A stretch of 63,896 bases of DNA, filler included, from 8 parts of 8 records of this genome joined end to end with filler, not necessarily neighbours in it, one strand, 5' to 3'. Shown: positions 29,664 through 41,212, numbered from the whole stretch's first letter. Numbers and translations are program-made. The notes: generated from the sequence alone by a model not told the origin.

Positions 29664-30327
29664 NNNNNNNNNNNNNNNNNNNNNNNNNNNNNNNNNNNNN
29701 NNNNNNNTTAATTAATTAANNNNNNNNNNNNNNNNNNNNNNNNNNNNNNNNNNNNNNNNNNNNCGGCATCTCTTGGGGATTATGTAGGGGTGGCTAAACG
29801 GCTGTTGACGCCAGGATTGCGGCAGTATAGTTGCATTTCGATTCGCGAGGAATCGGTCTTGAGCGGTAGATTTTCGCAACGCTCGAACTCAGGCTTTGCT
29901 GAGCAATCAGAATCGTTTCCACTCGCCTAAGTTGCCACTGCGAAGCAGCGATGCGGCTCAGTCCAGGATCCTTTGTCTACGAAGCCGCCATCCTCGAAGT
30001 GAACAACTCGGGCAACAATCTGCCAGCGTTTTGCCCAGCCCGGCTGACTGCTCCAATCCGCACAAGCAGAACGTTTTAACAAGCGGTGTTTTTTAGGGTT
30101 GGAATTGGTCGAAACCATTTGTGATCAACTCCCGACCGATCTCTCCCCGCGTCGTTGTTGGCATCACAATTTGAATGGCGGTCCCCGTCGTTTGATTCCG
30201 CGTGCTCCGTTCGTTGGCTCCTCCCATTGCCGCTGAACGCGTGTTGGATCGAGACGAAATCGTCGCGGTGATGCATCGACTCGTGATTTGTCGGAACCAC
30301 CTCCCTTTCCCGACCGGATCGCCACCG

Positions 30328-31233
30328 ATGACTTTCTCCGAATCTCTTGAGCAGGACGAACTCACGCTGCTGAAAAAGAGTCGACGCAAAACGCCGACCC
30401 GCCGAAGTGAAGCGGCTCAGTCGCCTTTGGAAACTTACCTCCGCGAAATCAACGAAACTCCGTTGTTGTCCGCCGAGGAAGAGCTTGAACTCGCCGCCAG
30501 GATCGCCCAAGGCGATGTGATGGCACGCGACCAAATGGTTCGAGCGAACCTGCGGTTGGTCGTGAACATCTCGCGGGGCTACACCGGCAAAGGGCTCGGA
30601 CTGCAAGACCTGATCGAAGAAGGCAACCTGGGCTTGCTGCGGGCGGTCGAAGGTTTCGATCCGATTCACGGCACACGGTTCAGCACCTATGCAAGTTACT
30701 GGATCAAGCAATCCATCAAACGAGCGTTGATCAATTCAGCCAAAACCATTCGTATCCCCGCGTACATGGTTGAGTTGTTGAGCAAGTGGCGTCGAGCGAC
30801 CGCACGGTTGAACGAAGAGTTGGGCCGAACGCCGACCAACGAAGAAGTCGCCCGGGTGTTGGGACTGCCCAAGAAGAAATTGCCGATCATTCGCAAGGCA
30901 ATCAAGATCAACAACTCGACGCCGCAAAGCGATCAAACCGAAGCAGGTTGGTCGTTGGGTGACATGGTGCAAGATGAGCGATTGAAAGCACCTGATGAGG
31001 AGATGCTCGACCACGACATCCTCAAACATGCGATGAGCCTGTTGGGCGATTTGGAAGAACGCGAATCGACGGTTTTGAAGCTGCGATTTGGGCTGGGCGG
31101 TGTCGAGCCGATGACGCTGAAGGAAATCGGTGCGGAGCTCGGACTGACTCGGGAACGTGTGCGTCAGATCGAAACCGAAGCACTGCGTCGCTTGGCAGAC
31201 GGTCTGACCGATCCTCGGGAACGCGGGTACTGA
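30328..31233 (+). CDS. Sigma-70 family RNA polymerase sigma factor (RpoD/RpoS-like)
   Basis: YLREINETPLL, ANLRLVV, DLIEEGNLGL, RFSTYASYWIKQ, TLKEIG...TRERVRQIE. Confidence 0.93.
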   Translation: MTFSESLEQDELTLLKKSRRKTPTRRSEAAQSPLETYLREINETPLLSAEEELELAARIAQGDVMARDQMVRANLRLVVNISRGYTGKGLGLQDLIEEGNLGLLRAVEGFDPIHGTRFSTYASYWIKQSIKRALINSAKTIRIPAYMVELLSKWRRATARLNEELGRTPTNEEVARVLGLPKKKLPIIRKAIKINNSTPQSDQTEAGWSLGDMVQDERLKAPDEEMLDHDILKHAMSLLGDLEERESTVLKLRFGLGGVEPMTLKEIGAELGLTRERVRQIETEALRRLADGLTDPRERGY

Positions 31234-31310
31234 TCGACTCGCCGATGTTCGGTCCGACCGGCAATGTTGGAACGCTTTTCAGCGTACGAAACGAGATCAC
31301 CTACACCGCA

Positions 31311-32504
31311 TCACTCAGCAAAGAGTGAGCTACGCACTTCTTCATCGATGGATTTGCGTTGGCTCATGACGTCCGAGAAGGTGGGGGCGTCAAGGCTGTA
31401 GGTGACCGTTTCGGTGGTGGCGTCCACATGTGCGTTCCGAGGTTCGCCGGTCAACAACGCAGTTTCGCCGAAGTAGGCACCTTCGCTCAGTTGTGCCACT
31501 TCGCGAAAATCATTGCCGCCAGGTTGGGTGGGCTGTTTGACCGAAACGGTGCCTTCGCGAATCAAGTAGAAACGATCGCCGACGTCGCCGTACGTCACGA
31601 TTCGGTCGCCGGGGCCATGCGTCGTTCTCGTCATGCTGCGAGACAGTTCGGTCAATGTACTGATCGCGACACCTGAGAACACACTGCACTGGGAAAGCAT
31701 TTCGCCAAGCACGGCGGCTTCGTTCAAATTGGTGTCGCGAGCAATTTTGCCAAAGTCCATTTTGACGATTCGGTCCGCGACATCCAAAATGCGGTTGTCG
31801 TGAGTCACAATTACAATCGCGACACCGCGTTCGCGAGCCTCACGCTGAAACAGCGTCACGACTTGCCGTCCGGACTCTTCATCCAAAGCCGCCGTCGGTT
31901 CATCGGCCAACAAAATATCCGGTTGATGCACGAGCCCTCGTGCAACCGCGACCCGTTGTTTTTGGCCACCGGACAACCCACCGGGTTTGTATTGAATTCG
32001 TTCACCCAAGCCGACTTCGGTGAGCATTTTCGCACAACGTTCGTTCTCTTCCCGGCGAGAAGTGCGATTCGGTTGCAGTTCCAACGCCATGCGAACGTTC
32101 TGCATCGCGGTGAGCGAACCGAACAAGTTGTGGGCTTGGAAAATGAAGCCCAACCTTTTGCGTAGCGCCCCGATGTTGGTTTGAGACAAATTGTGAAGCG
32201 GTTGGCCGAGCACGTTCAATTGGCCCTCTTGAACGCGACGCAAAGTGCCGATCAACGTCAATAAAGTTGTTTTGCCAGAACCGGATTGCCCGGTCATGAT
32301 GACAATTTCCCCGGGTTGGACCTGCAGATGGTTGTCGTGAAGCACCTGTTTTCGCGCGTCACCGGTCCCGTAGTAGTGATTCACGCCGCGAACGTCGATT
32401 GCGGCGGACCCATCCAAGGCGATCTCGGGCGTGATCCCGCGCGAAGCGGATGACCGAGCGCCGTTCTGGCCGGGACGATTGTCGTTTCGAAAAGGTAATT
32501 TCAC
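31311..32504 (-). CDS. DevA-type ABC ATPase fused to a cyclic-nucleotide-binding domain
   Basis: GQSGSGKT, LSGGQKQR, LADEPT; C-terminal GDRFYLIREG...FGETALL...PRNA. Confidence 0.9.
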   Translation of the reverse strand: MKLPFRNDNRPGQNGARSSASRGITPEIALDGSAAIDVRGVNHYYGTGDARKQVLHDNHLQVQPGEIVIMTGQSGSGKTTLLTLIGTLRRVQEGQLNVLGQPLHNLSQTNIGALRKRLGFIFQAHNLFGSLTAMQNVRMALELQPNRTSRREENERCAKMLTEVGLGERIQYKPGGLSGGQKQRVAVARGLVHQPDILLADEPTAALDEESGRQVVTLFQREARERGVAIVIVTHDNRILDVADRIVKMDFGKIARDTNLNEAAVLGEMLSQCSVFSGVAISTLTELSRSMTRTTHGPGDRIVTYGDVGDRFYLIREGTVSVKQPTQPGGNDFREVAQLSEGAYFGETALLTGEPRNAHVDATTETVTYSLDAPTFSDVMSQRKSIDEEVRSSLFAE

Positions 32505-32674
32505 GCGAATTTTCAGGACATTTTGCGTGCCAGACCCTTCGATCGCGATGGCCCGGCGGAGCGGAAAAACGTTACCTTAGCAACTTGTCCCGAATTCGTG
32601 TCACCTCGTTTTTGCAGTTGTTCGTCGTGCCCCAAGCCAAGCAGCCGATCTCAGCCGGTTCGATCCAACAAGGC

Positions 32675-33877
32675 ATGATCCGTTTGCCGCTCTCACTCGC
32701 AATCGGTTTTTTTGCGATCGGTTCGGGATGTGATTGGCGATCGGCGTCCAGCCCAACTCAAACGGTTGATCCGTCCAAGCCAGCACAAACGGTGGCATTG
32801 CAGCGGGTCATGGCGCTCGGCACGCTGGAACCACGGGGCGGAATCTTGGCAGTCATGGCTGCCCCCGGCGATCGAGTTTCCAAGATCTACGTCGAACCGG
32901 GCCAAGACGTCGCAGCAGGAACCGTGCTGATGGATTTGGAAAGCCTGCCTGCTCGACAACTCGAGTTGAGTATCGCTCAAACCAAACTCGACGAAGCCAA
33001 ACGACGCATCGCTGCCGAACGCGCCGCGGGCGAAGCCAAACTGCAAGTCGCTCGCTCGTCACTGAAGCAAGCTGAATCCAAGCTGTCCGATGCTCAAAAG
33101 CGTTTCAAAGATTCGAAAGCCGATGGTGGCGAACTGAATTTGCTCAAGCAAGCTGCGGATTTGGGACAACGCCGATTGAGGCAATTGGAATCCGCATCGC
33201 GAGACCCGGCGCGGCAACGATTGGTATCTGAAAACGCACTCGATACCGAAGCACTCAAAGTCAGCGAGTCGCAGGCACGATACGAATCGGCTCTGCGTGA
33301 CGCTCAGGAAGCAATTGACGAAGGACGCTTCGCGGTCGACTCGGCCGAGCAAGAAATTCGGGCGACTGAGCTCTCTTTGATCGCCGCCGAACAATCCGCG
33401 TCCCTGGAATCGTTGAAACAACAGATCGAACTGTTGAAGTTCAACGTTGCAACGTCGCGATTGGTTGCACCAACCAAAGGTCGAGTGTTGCGAGTCGATG
33501 CGACCATCGGTACCGCAACGGGCGTCTCCGCTTTGATGCACATGGCAGACACGTCCAACATGGTCTGCGTCGCCGAAGTGAACGTTGCTGATCTTTCACG
33601 TGTCGAAGTCGGGCAAACTGCAACGATCACTTCACCAGCACTTCGCGAACCGTTGCGAGGCAAAGTGCACCGCATTCAGTCATTGATCGCGGCTCCGACG
33701 CTGGCAAGCCCCTACCCAATGGCTGCCGTCGATCGATACTCCGCCGATGTGGTCATTGCGATCGATTCAGATGATTCGACCAGTGCCAGCCGTTTGATCG
33801 AGCTTCAGGTGGATGTGGAGATCAAAACAGGCGGCTCGAAGGAATCCGCCAAAGTGGCTTCGGCAGCGAAGTCATGA
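32675..33877 (+). CDS. HlyD/DevB family membrane-fusion protein
   Basis: Lipobox-like GSGC, ALGTLEP, long coiled coil, APTKGRVL. Confidence 0.85.
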   Translation: MIRLPLSLAIGFFAIGSGCDWRSASSPTQTVDPSKPAQTVALQRVMALGTLEPRGGILAVMAAPGDRVSKIYVEPGQDVAAGTVLMDLESLPARQLELSIAQTKLDEAKRRIAAERAAGEAKLQVARSSLKQAESKLSDAQKRFKDSKADGGELNLLKQAADLGQRRLRQLESASRDPARQRLVSENALDTEALKVSESQARYESALRDAQEAIDEGRFAVDSAEQEIRATELSLIAAEQSASLESLKQQIELLKFNVATSRLVAPTKGRVLRVDATIGTATGVSALMHMADTSNMVCVAEVNVADLSRVEVGQTATITSPALREPLRGKVHRIQSLIAAPTLASPYPMAAVDRYSADVVIAIDSDDSTSASRLIELQVDVEIKTGGSKESAKVASAAKS

Positions 33878-35121
33878 CGACGACCAGCCCAGGTCAGAAG
33901 CCCAGCGGCAAAACTGCCGAGACGTCACGTCAACGCCGAAGCGTCGTTCGGACTTCCTTGGCATGGTCAAACCTGAGCCACATGTGGGTTCGAACGGTTG
34001 TTTCCATCTGCGGAATCGGTTTCGCGATTCTGTTGATGTTCATGCAGCTTGGGTTTCTGGGGAGCGTTGGCGATACCGCAACAGTGTTGCTGGACCGGAT
34101 GCCGTGCGACGTTTTGGTTCGATCACCCGATTACTTGCACGTTTACGACGCGTCAAAGATTCGAAGCGATCTGCGTCCCTGGTTGAACTCGATTGACGAA
34201 GTCGACCAGGTCGTGCCGCTGGACATTGGCGTGACTCAATGGACCAACCCAACGAACCAAGATCCGCGGGCGATCGCTGTGATGGGGATCGATCTGAACG
34301 ATCCTGCGTTTGAGTTGCCAGAGCTGACCCGAGAAGTCCGGCGTCAGCTATTGGTCGAGGGAGCAGTCCTTGTCGATGATGCCACGAAAACGGACTTCGG
34401 CCCCAAGAACGGCGTGAAGTTCGGTTCGGATGATACCGGAACCGTCGCGAGCGTCTTTGGAACCCCCGCCAAAATTGTGGGGACGTTCAAGATGGGAACG
34501 GGGCTAGCGGCCAATGGCGCGCTTTTGTGTTCTCGCGAAACGTTTCGCAAGTTGGTGCCAGGCAGCAGCGATGACGAAGTTTCGCTATTGCTGATTCGAT
34601 TGACCGAAGGTGTCAGCAACGAACGAGGACGTCACATGGTTGCGGGTCGGCTGAATGCGTTGGCTGGTCCCGCGTCACATGCTTCCACCCTGACCATCGA
34701 AGATGCCAAAAAAGCTGAAGTGTGGCGTTGGTACACCCAAACTCCCATCGGAATGATTTTCGCGATGGGAGTCGCATTGGCCGTCGTCGTGGGAGGCGTG
34801 ATCAGTTACATGATCCTTGCCTCGGACGTGCAGGCACACTTGAGCGAGTACGCAACGCTAAAGGCGATGGGATATGGAACTGGCTTTCTGATCCGAACGC
34901 TTTTAACCCAGTCCACCTTGCTCGCAACAATCGCGTTCCCGCCTTCCGTAGTCGCCGCACTCGCCCTTTATGCGATCACGTCAGCGCTCGCCGGCGTTCC
35001 TATTCGCATGACGCTGACATGGCTGGTCTTGGTCGCCGTGCTGTCGCTGCTGATGTGCAATGCAGCCGGTCTCATTGCGATTCGAAAGCTGATTCGAGCC
35101 GAACCCGCGAATCTGTTTTAA
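33874..35121 (+). CDS. DevC family ABC permease
   Basis: LAWSNL, GIGFAILLMFMQLGF, EYATLKAMGY, terminal EPANLF. Confidence 0.9.
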   Translation: MTTTSPGQKPSGKTAETSRQRRSVVRTSLAWSNLSHMWVRTVVSICGIGFAILLMFMQLGFLGSVGDTATVLLDRMPCDVLVRSPDYLHVYDASKIRSDLRPWLNSIDEVDQVVPLDIGVTQWTNPTNQDPRAIAVMGIDLNDPAFELPELTREVRRQLLVEGAVLVDDATKTDFGPKNGVKFGSDDTGTVASVFGTPAKIVGTFKMGTGLAANGALLCSRETFRKLVPGSSDDEVSLLLIRLTEGVSNERGRHMVAGRLNALAGPASHASTLTIEDAKKAEVWRWYTQTPIGMIFAMGVALAVVVGGVISYMILASDVQAHLSEYATLKAMGYGTGFLIRTLLTQSTLLATIAFPPSVVAALALYAITSALAGVPIRMTLTWLVLVAVLSLLMCNAAGLIAIRKLIRAEPANLF

Positions 35122-35134
35122 GCTTGTTCGCTTT

Positions 35135-36103
35135 TCAACTGAAGTTTGGCGTTGGCGGACGGTAGTCGCCCAGGTTGATCGTCTTGAACCAATCGATCGT
35201 ATGCTTGAGTCCTTGCTCCAGTTCGATCTTTGGTTCCCAGTCCAGCTTTTCTTTTGCGAGTGAGATGTCAGGACGACGACGAGTTGGATCGTCAGCCGGC
35301 AGTGGAGCCTCGATAAGCTTGCTGCTCGATCCCGTCAATTCGATCGTTTTTTCAGCGAGCTGGCGGATCGTGAACTCGTGCGGATTTCCAATGTTGACCG
35401 GGCCTATGAAACCGTCGCAGTTCATCATTCGGATAATGACTTCGACCAAATCGTCTCGGTAACAGAACGAACGGGTCTGCGAGCCGTCACCGAAAATGGT
35501 GATGTCATCACCGGCTAATGCCTGGCGGATGAAGTTGGCAACGACACGTCCGTCAAACGGATGCATCCGCGGCCCGTAGGTATTGAAGATGCGAACAATT
35601 CGGACATCCACGTTGTTGCTGCGGTGATAGTCCATGAACAAAGTTTCGGCGACGCGTTTTCCTTCGTCGTAACAGGCCCGAATACCGATCGGATTGACGC
35701 TTCCGCGATACGATTCCGTTTGCGGGTGCTGCTCCGGATCGCCATACACTTCGCTGGTGCTGGCCTGCAGGATCCGCGCACCGCATCGCTTGGCGATGCC
35801 CAGCATATTGATCGATCCCATCACGCTGGTCTTGATCGTTTTGATGGGATTGAATTGGTAGTGCCCCGGTGCGGCCGGGCAGGCCATGTTGTAGATCTGG
35901 TCGACTTCCAAATGGATCGGCAGCGTGATGTCGTGTCGAATCAATTCAAAATTGGGTTTGTCGAGCAGATGAACGACATTGGTTTTCTGGCTGGTGAAAA
36001 AGTTGTCCAGGCAGATCACATCGTGACCGTCGCTGACCAAGCGTTCGCAAAGATGCGAGCCTAGAAATCCCGCACCACCTGTCACCAAAATACGTTGAAT
36101 CAT
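35135..36103 (-). CDS. UDP-glucuronate decarboxylase (UDP-xylose synthase)
   Basis: [42 protein letters not shown]. Confidence 0.92.
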   Translation of the reverse strand: MIQRILVTGGAGFLGSHLCERLVSDGHDVICLDNFFTSQKTNVVHLLDKPNFELIRHDITLPIHLEVDQIYNMACPAAPGHYQFNPIKTIKTSVMGSINMLGIAKRCGARILQASTSEVYGDPEQHPQTESYRGSVNPIGIRACYDEGKRVAETLFMDYHRSNNVDVRIVRIFNTYGPRMHPFDGRVVANFIRQALAGDDITIFGDGSQTRSFCYRDDLVEVIIRMMNCDGFIGPVNIGNPHEFTIRQLAEKTIELTGSSSKLIEAPLPADDPTRRRPDISLAKEKLDWEPKIELEQGLKHTIDWFKTINLGDYRPPTPNFS

Positions 36104-36414
36104 CGATCGAGCCGTTCGCAGAAACCGTTGTCGGTTGAAAATCAAAGGAGCTGGCTGGACGGTGCCAATTTGAATTTGCCGTTTTGGCGTTCGTGCCGAT
36201 ATTCATGGGTCGGCACCATGGCTATCGGCGAAGTGGAATCGTCCAGCAAGAAGCTCTCAATTCTACCCGCCGGCTTCGTGCTGACTCGCTAATTGATGAC
36301 AGAAATGTCCGCTCACCGCGCAGTGTCGGGGCGACCATTCGGAAGGTGCCTGTTACGCGGATTGTCGTTTGTTGCGACGGCGGTTCAGCTACCGTTGCTC
36401 AGTCGACTTCAATT

Positions 36415-37266
36415 TCACGCGACGATCAATTCACGATTGTCGATCAATCTCGTCACGCCGACCCTCACCGCAACCAGAGCAACCGCGTTCTGCGTGATCT
36501 CTGAAATCGGTAGCAATGTTTGGCGATCGACCACGACCGCGTAGTCGACGCTGTCACAAGGGGACAAGTGGTCGGCCATGATTGACTCGAGTTGCTTCGG
36601 GTCGTGGTTGCCTTCAAGAAACGCTTGTTCGACTTGGTTGAGCGACTTGCTGATGCAAAGTGCTCGCTGTCGTTGATCATCCGACAGATAGCGATTGCGG
36701 CTGCTCATCGCCAAACCATCGGGCTCTCGAACGATGTCGCAGGGAACAATTTCAATCGGCAAGTTCAAATCACGCACCATGTGTTCGATGACACAAAGCT
36801 GTTGAAAGTCCTTGCGGCCAAAAAACGCTCGGTCAGATGGTGCCGCTTGAAAAAGCTTCATCACCACCGTCGCAACACCGACAAAATGTTCAGGACGGTG
36901 AACTCCTTCTAGCGGCAACGCGACCGCGGAAGGATGCACCGAAGTGGCGTGCGTTTGCGGTCCACCCGGATACATTTCATCGGCGGTTGGCATGAATACC
37001 GCTTCGACACCCGCGTCACGAAGCATCGCGAGGTCGTCTTCGATCGGGCGGGGATACTGATCGAGATCTTCGTTAGCAGCGAACTGTGTCGGGTTCACAA
37101 AGATCGACGTAACACAATGATCGCAGTCCTTTTTCGCGGCGTGAACCAAAGACAGGTGTCCGTCGTGCAACGCTCCCATCGTGGGAACCAAGCCAATCGT
37201 GTTGCCCCCACGAGACTTCTCGCGGCACCACGCTCGCATGGCATCAATGGATGTGAATGTTTCCAA
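36415..37266 (-). CDS. panC: Pantoate--beta-alanine ligase
   Basis: VPTMGALHDGH, FVNPTQF, FGRKD, GLAMSSRN, RLIDN. Confidence 0.95.
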   Translation of the reverse strand: METFTSIDAMRAWCREKSRGGNTIGLVPTMGALHDGHLSLVHAAKKDCDHCVTSIFVNPTQFAANEDLDQYPRPIEDDLAMLRDAGVEAVFMPTADEMYPGGPQTHATSVHPSAVALPLEGVHRPEHFVGVATVVMKLFQAAPSDRAFFGRKDFQQLCVIEHMVRDLNLPIEIVPCDIVREPDGLAMSSRNRYLSDDQRQRALCISKSLNQVEQAFLEGNHDPKQLESIMADHLSPCDSVDYAVVVDRQTLLPISEITQNAVALVAVRVGVTRLIDNRELIVA

Positions 37267-37345
37267 CAGAGGGGCCTCAATCGGTCGTTCAAAGAGCAGG
37301 CAAATGCAGCCAAAGACAGTGACGGACTTACCACGCCATCGTCAA

Positions 37346-37765
37346 TCAATCGTCGCTTGTTCCGGTCGCTCCGCTAAGGACTTCTTCAGACACAAAGATC
37401 GGAAGAGGTGGATCAAAGGTGACCGCCACCGCGATCGCGTCGCTCGGCCGAGCGTCAACTTCGATTAGCTCACCGCTGCTGGTTCGCAGATGCAGTTGTG
37501 CGAAATAAGTGTGTTCGGACAGGTCGCTGATTACGACTTGTTCAATCGTCGCGTCCAACGATTCGGCAACGTTGACGATCAGATCATGTGTCAGCGGACG
37601 CGGCGGAACGTAGTCATTTTTGACTCGGCGATCGATGTTGGTAGCTTCAAAGATTCCGATCATGATCGGGAATTGACGCGTCCCGTCGACTTCCTTGAGA
37701 TAAATCACTTGGTTATCGGTTAGCTCGGAAATGATGATCCGAGCGAGTTGCATTTGGACGGTCAT
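37346..37765 (-). CDS. Bifunctional nuclease (DUF151) family protein
   Basis: PIMIGIFEA, PRPLTHDL, DARPSDAIA. Confidence 0.9.
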   Translation of the reverse strand: MTVQMQLARIIISELTDNQVIYLKEVDGTRQFPIMIGIFEATNIDRRVKNDYVPPRPLTHDLIVNVAESLDATIEQVVISDLSEHTYFAQLHLRTSSGELIEVDARPSDAIAVAVTFDPPLPIFVSEEVLSGATGTSDD

Positions 37766-38097
37766 AGAAAAGTTCGCCAAAAGGTTTCAGAATTCATTTG
37801 AATCGATGGATTCGAGGAGGCCGAGATTTCTCGCCTGTCACCTGCATGATATCGCAGCGTCTGGCTGCCTTCCATGACGAGCTCCGCGGATTGTTCCGGT
37901 TGTGCCGGAAGCTGTCTCAGGAAATCCCATCGTGGTAATGAATTTGGGGTTGCAGCCAACGCACGGCGCAAGAATGCGTTCCATGGTTGAGGTGGACGCA
38001 GAGCCATGCGCTTTACGTCCAGGGTCATTCCGACGCTTCGGCACCCAACTGGTTGACCCCTTCTACTCAACATCAACCCATCTTTGGGAATAATAAC

Positions 38098-40143
38098 ATG
38101 ACTCGGATCAACACCAACGTTTCTTCTTTGGTTGCACAGAACCGCCTCCAAAGCAGCAACAATGACTTGCAACAATCTTTGACGCGATTGAGCACTGGTC
38201 TTCGGATCAACTCCGGTAGCGACGACCCCGCCGGTTTGCTGGCCAGCGAAGCTCTTCGTGGCGAAATCACCGGTTTGACCAAATCGATCAGCAACACGCA
38301 ACGTGCCAGCCAAATCATCAGCACCGCTGACAGTGCTCTGGGCCAAGTCAGCAACTTGCTCAACGACGTCCGCGGTTTGGTGGTCGAAGCCGCCAACTCG
38401 GGTGCATTGAGCAAAGAGGAAATCGCTGCTAACCAGTTGCAGATCGACAGCTCGCTCGAAGCCATCAACCGAATCTCACAAACAACGACTTTCCAAGGTC
38501 GTAAGTTGCTCGACGGTTCGCAAGACTTCGTTAGCACCGCCAGCGGCGTCAGCAGCATCAGCGACATCTCGATTGACCAAGCCAACTTGGGAAAAACAGG
38601 AAAAATCGACGTTGAAGTCGTCATCAATTCAGCTGCAACGCAAGCGACAGCAACCGCAGCTGATTCAGGTTTCAGCGCTGCTGCTCAAGCGACAGCAACT
38701 ACCCCAGCTGGAATCAACTCGGTCACCCTTGGTGATGCGACCAACAACCTGACGATCGAAGGCCAATTCGATAGCGTTGAGGTCATCGACGGCGGTGCAT
38801 CTTCAGCAACGTCGGCTTCGATCACTGATGGCGTTTTGACCATCTCCGTCGACGCGGCCGCAACTGTAACGGGTGCATCGGTTGTTACTGCACTGAACGG
38901 TGTGTCAGGCGTGTACGCTGAAGAAACAGGAACGGTTGCCGATGTGAACGCATCAGCCGCTACTGATGCAACCGCAATCGAAGGTGCCGGCTTGTCCATC
39001 ACCGCAGCGGACTCGGGCGGAGACTTCAACAACGTTCAAATCAACTACGTCGCTGGTGACGCCGCAGCGACCACCGCAAGCTACGATGCCGATCAAAAAG
39101 CGTTGACGGTCACAATTGGTACTGGTGCTGGCGAAAACAATCTGGCCGCCATTGCTGCCGCGATCAATGCAGGAACGACGGAATTCGATGCTGAGGTGGC
39201 TGATGGAACTGGTGCGACACCGGCAGCCGGAAAGGTTACCGAGTATGGCGAATTCACCATCGATACGGCCGACCTGCCAGCCGTCGGTTCGACCGGCAAC
39301 ACCGGTGGTGAGGTGCTCAACGCAGACTTAGTGTTCCAGCTGAGCGGCGAAAACGGAGCGGAAACGTTCAACTTCGGTGCAGGCACCACCAAAGATCAAA
39401 TCGCAGCAGCCGTCAACTTGGTATCAGACAGCACCGGTGTGTCAGCCGATGCAACGGGCGCTCTGGAATTCAGCTCGACTGGTTTCGGAAGCGACGCTTT
39501 GGTCGACATTGACGTCATCAGCGAAGGTGCTGGTGGAACGTTCAAAGGCAGCTTGGACAACACTCGTTCAACGGGTGCCGATATCGTTGCAACAGTGAAC
39601 GGCGTCGAAGCAAACGGCTCTGGTAACAGCCTTTCGATCAACACCAGTTCGCTCGACTTGAGCTTGACGGTTGACGACGGCAGCAGCACGAACTTCAGCT
39701 TCAGCATCACCGGTGGTGGAGCAACGTTCCAACTCGGCCCAGACGTGACCAGCACCCAGCAAGCTAGCTTGGGTATCGGCAGCGTTTCGACTGGTCAATT
39801 GGGTGGTGCATCAGGTCGTTTGTACGAACTGGGCAGTGGCCAAGCGAAGAGCCTGACCAACGACGTCGAAGGTGCCGCCAAGGTCATCGACGAAGTGATC
39901 GGTAAAGTGGTTGGACTGCGTGGTCGTTTGGGATCATTCCAAAGCACGACGCTGGAAAGCAACCTGGTATCGCTCAACGAAACCAAAGCCAACCTGCAAG
40001 AAGCTGAAAGCTCGATCCGTGACGCTGACTTCGCTCAAGAGTCGGCCAACCTGACTCGTGCTCAGATCCTCGTTCAGTCCGGTACCAACGTGTTGTCGCT
40101 GGCCAACCAAAACCCACGAAACGTTTTGTCGTTGTTGGGTTAA
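38098..40143 (+). CDS. fliC: Flagellin
   Basis: MTRINTNVSSL...RLSTGLRINSGSDDPAG N-terminus; IRDADFAQESANLTRAQIL...VLSLLG C-terminus. Confidence 0.95.
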   Translation: MTRINTNVSSLVAQNRLQSSNNDLQQSLTRLSTGLRINSGSDDPAGLLASEALRGEITGLTKSISNTQRASQIISTADSALGQVSNLLNDVRGLVVEAANSGALSKEEIAANQLQIDSSLEAINRISQTTTFQGRKLLDGSQDFVSTASGVSSISDISIDQANLGKTGKIDVEVVINSAATQATATAADSGFSAAAQATATTPAGINSVTLGDATNNLTIEGQFDSVEVIDGGASSATSASITDGVLTISVDAAATVTGASVVTALNGVSGVYAEETGTVADVNASAATDATAIEGAGLSITAADSGGDFNNVQINYVAGDAAATTASYDADQKALTVTIGTGAGENNLAAIAAAINAGTTEFDAEVADGTGATPAAGKVTEYGEFTIDTADLPAVGSTGNTGGEVLNADLVFQLSGENGAETFNFGAGTTKDQIAAAVNLVSDSTGVSADATGALEFSSTGFGSDALVDIDVISEGAGGTFKGSLDNTRSTGADIVATVNGVEANGSGNSLSINTSSLDLSLTVDDGSSTNFSFSITGGGATFQLGPDVTSTQQASLGIGSVSTGQLGGASGRLYELGSGQAKSLTNDVEGAAKVIDEVIGKVVGLRGRLGSFQSTTLESNLVSLNETKANLQEAESSIRDADFAQESANLTRAQILVQSGTNVLSLANQNPRNVLSLLG

Positions 40144-40201
40144 TCCAAAATCGATTCAGTGCGGCCACCCTAACGGCCGCCTGAATCCAAAGTGCATATC
40201 G

Positions 40202-40239
40202 AAAAGCAGCAGTGAGCTCCGGCTTGCTGCTGCTTTTTT
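40202..40239 (+). terminator. Intrinsic terminator after flagellin
   Basis: AAAAGCAGCAG...CTGCTGCTTTTTT. Confidence 0.8.
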
Positions 40240-40606
40240 CGTTTGATGATCCGCCGCCCGCACTGATGGGAAGACAACCACTTTGAGCACCCCTATGTTC
40301 CGCTCGAGCATGTGTTCGGGTTACGCAAGCGTTGCGTTGATAAACTGCAACGATCTGGCGCCTTTTTCCGGGCTTTGCCTCTCAGTGTCGCGCATCTTAA
40401 CCTAGCTGGTTTGCGTTGCGAACAATCATTTGGGCGAACGATCGATTCGTCGACACTCATGACGAATCGTTCGAACGGATGCGTGCAACTTGTCCAGCCA
40501 ACAACTCTTTCGATGAAGAAAAAAGGTTCGAACGTCGATACTACTATGCGGTGCATGCTGGCCTCGGCCCGCAAGCTCGTTTCCAACTCCCGCTACCGGA
40601 AACCCG

Positions 40607-41212
40607 ATGTACAACACGGCTGATTCTTTCGTTCCTCCGCCGATGACCTTCGTTGGAGACGACAACGCTTCGACCAGCAGTGATTCCCAGGCTTCGCCCA
40701 ACAGTGCATCCTCTCAGTCGATGCCTCGTCCCGGCGAGCCAGGCAGCCTGAGTGAAGGCATGGAAAACTTCGGTCGTCGAAGCGGAGACGCCTACCTGGA
40801 ATCGATGGTGAAGACCGCTTCACCCGCTCGACTGCGACTCATGTTGATCGAACGAGCCGTCGAGGTTTCTCGGCACTTGGCCAATCACTGGAAGACTCAG
40901 CCAGGCAAGCGTGGAACAAACGAGTACTCGCTCAAGCTGCTCGAACTGCTTTCGGAACTCTTGTCAGGCGTCACCGACAGTTCGGTCGATGTCTGTCGCA
41001 CCGTCGCCGATTTGTACGTGTTCTTGTGCCAGCATTTGATCGCCGCCGAAGCAAACGGCGACTCGACCATGATCGATGAGATCCGCTTGGTTCTCGAAAC
41101 GGAAGCGGAAACCTGGCGAATGGTCTGTGCCCGTGAAGGCGACAAGGCGATTGCCAACAAGCGAGTCGCAAACGCTCTTTCCGATGGCGGCGGGTTGAAC
41201 TTGCAGGGCTAG
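40607..41212 (+). CDS. fliS: Flagellar export chaperone FliS
   Basis: AYLESMVKTASPARLRLML, ADLYVF; next to flagellin; start uncertain. Confidence 0.8.
   Translation: MYNTADSFVPPPMTFVGDDNASTSSDSQASPNSASSQSMPRPGEPGSLSEGMENFGRRSGDAYLESMVKTASPARLRLMLIERAVEVSRHLANHWKTQPGKRGTNEYSLKLLELLSELLSGVTDSSVDVCRTVADLYVFLCQHLIAAEANGDSTMIDEIRLVLETEAETWRMVCAREGDKAIANKRVANALSDGGGLNLQG

Noticed and set aside
29805-29831. TTGACG...TATAGT sigma-70-like promoter
   Set aside because: The spacer is only 15 nt and it lies ~500 nt from the start codon; not supportable. No recognisable ncRNA in the long leader.
38632-38711. Short duplication CAAGCGACAGCAAC in flagellin
   Set aside because: Small repeat in the hypervariable region; common in flagellins.
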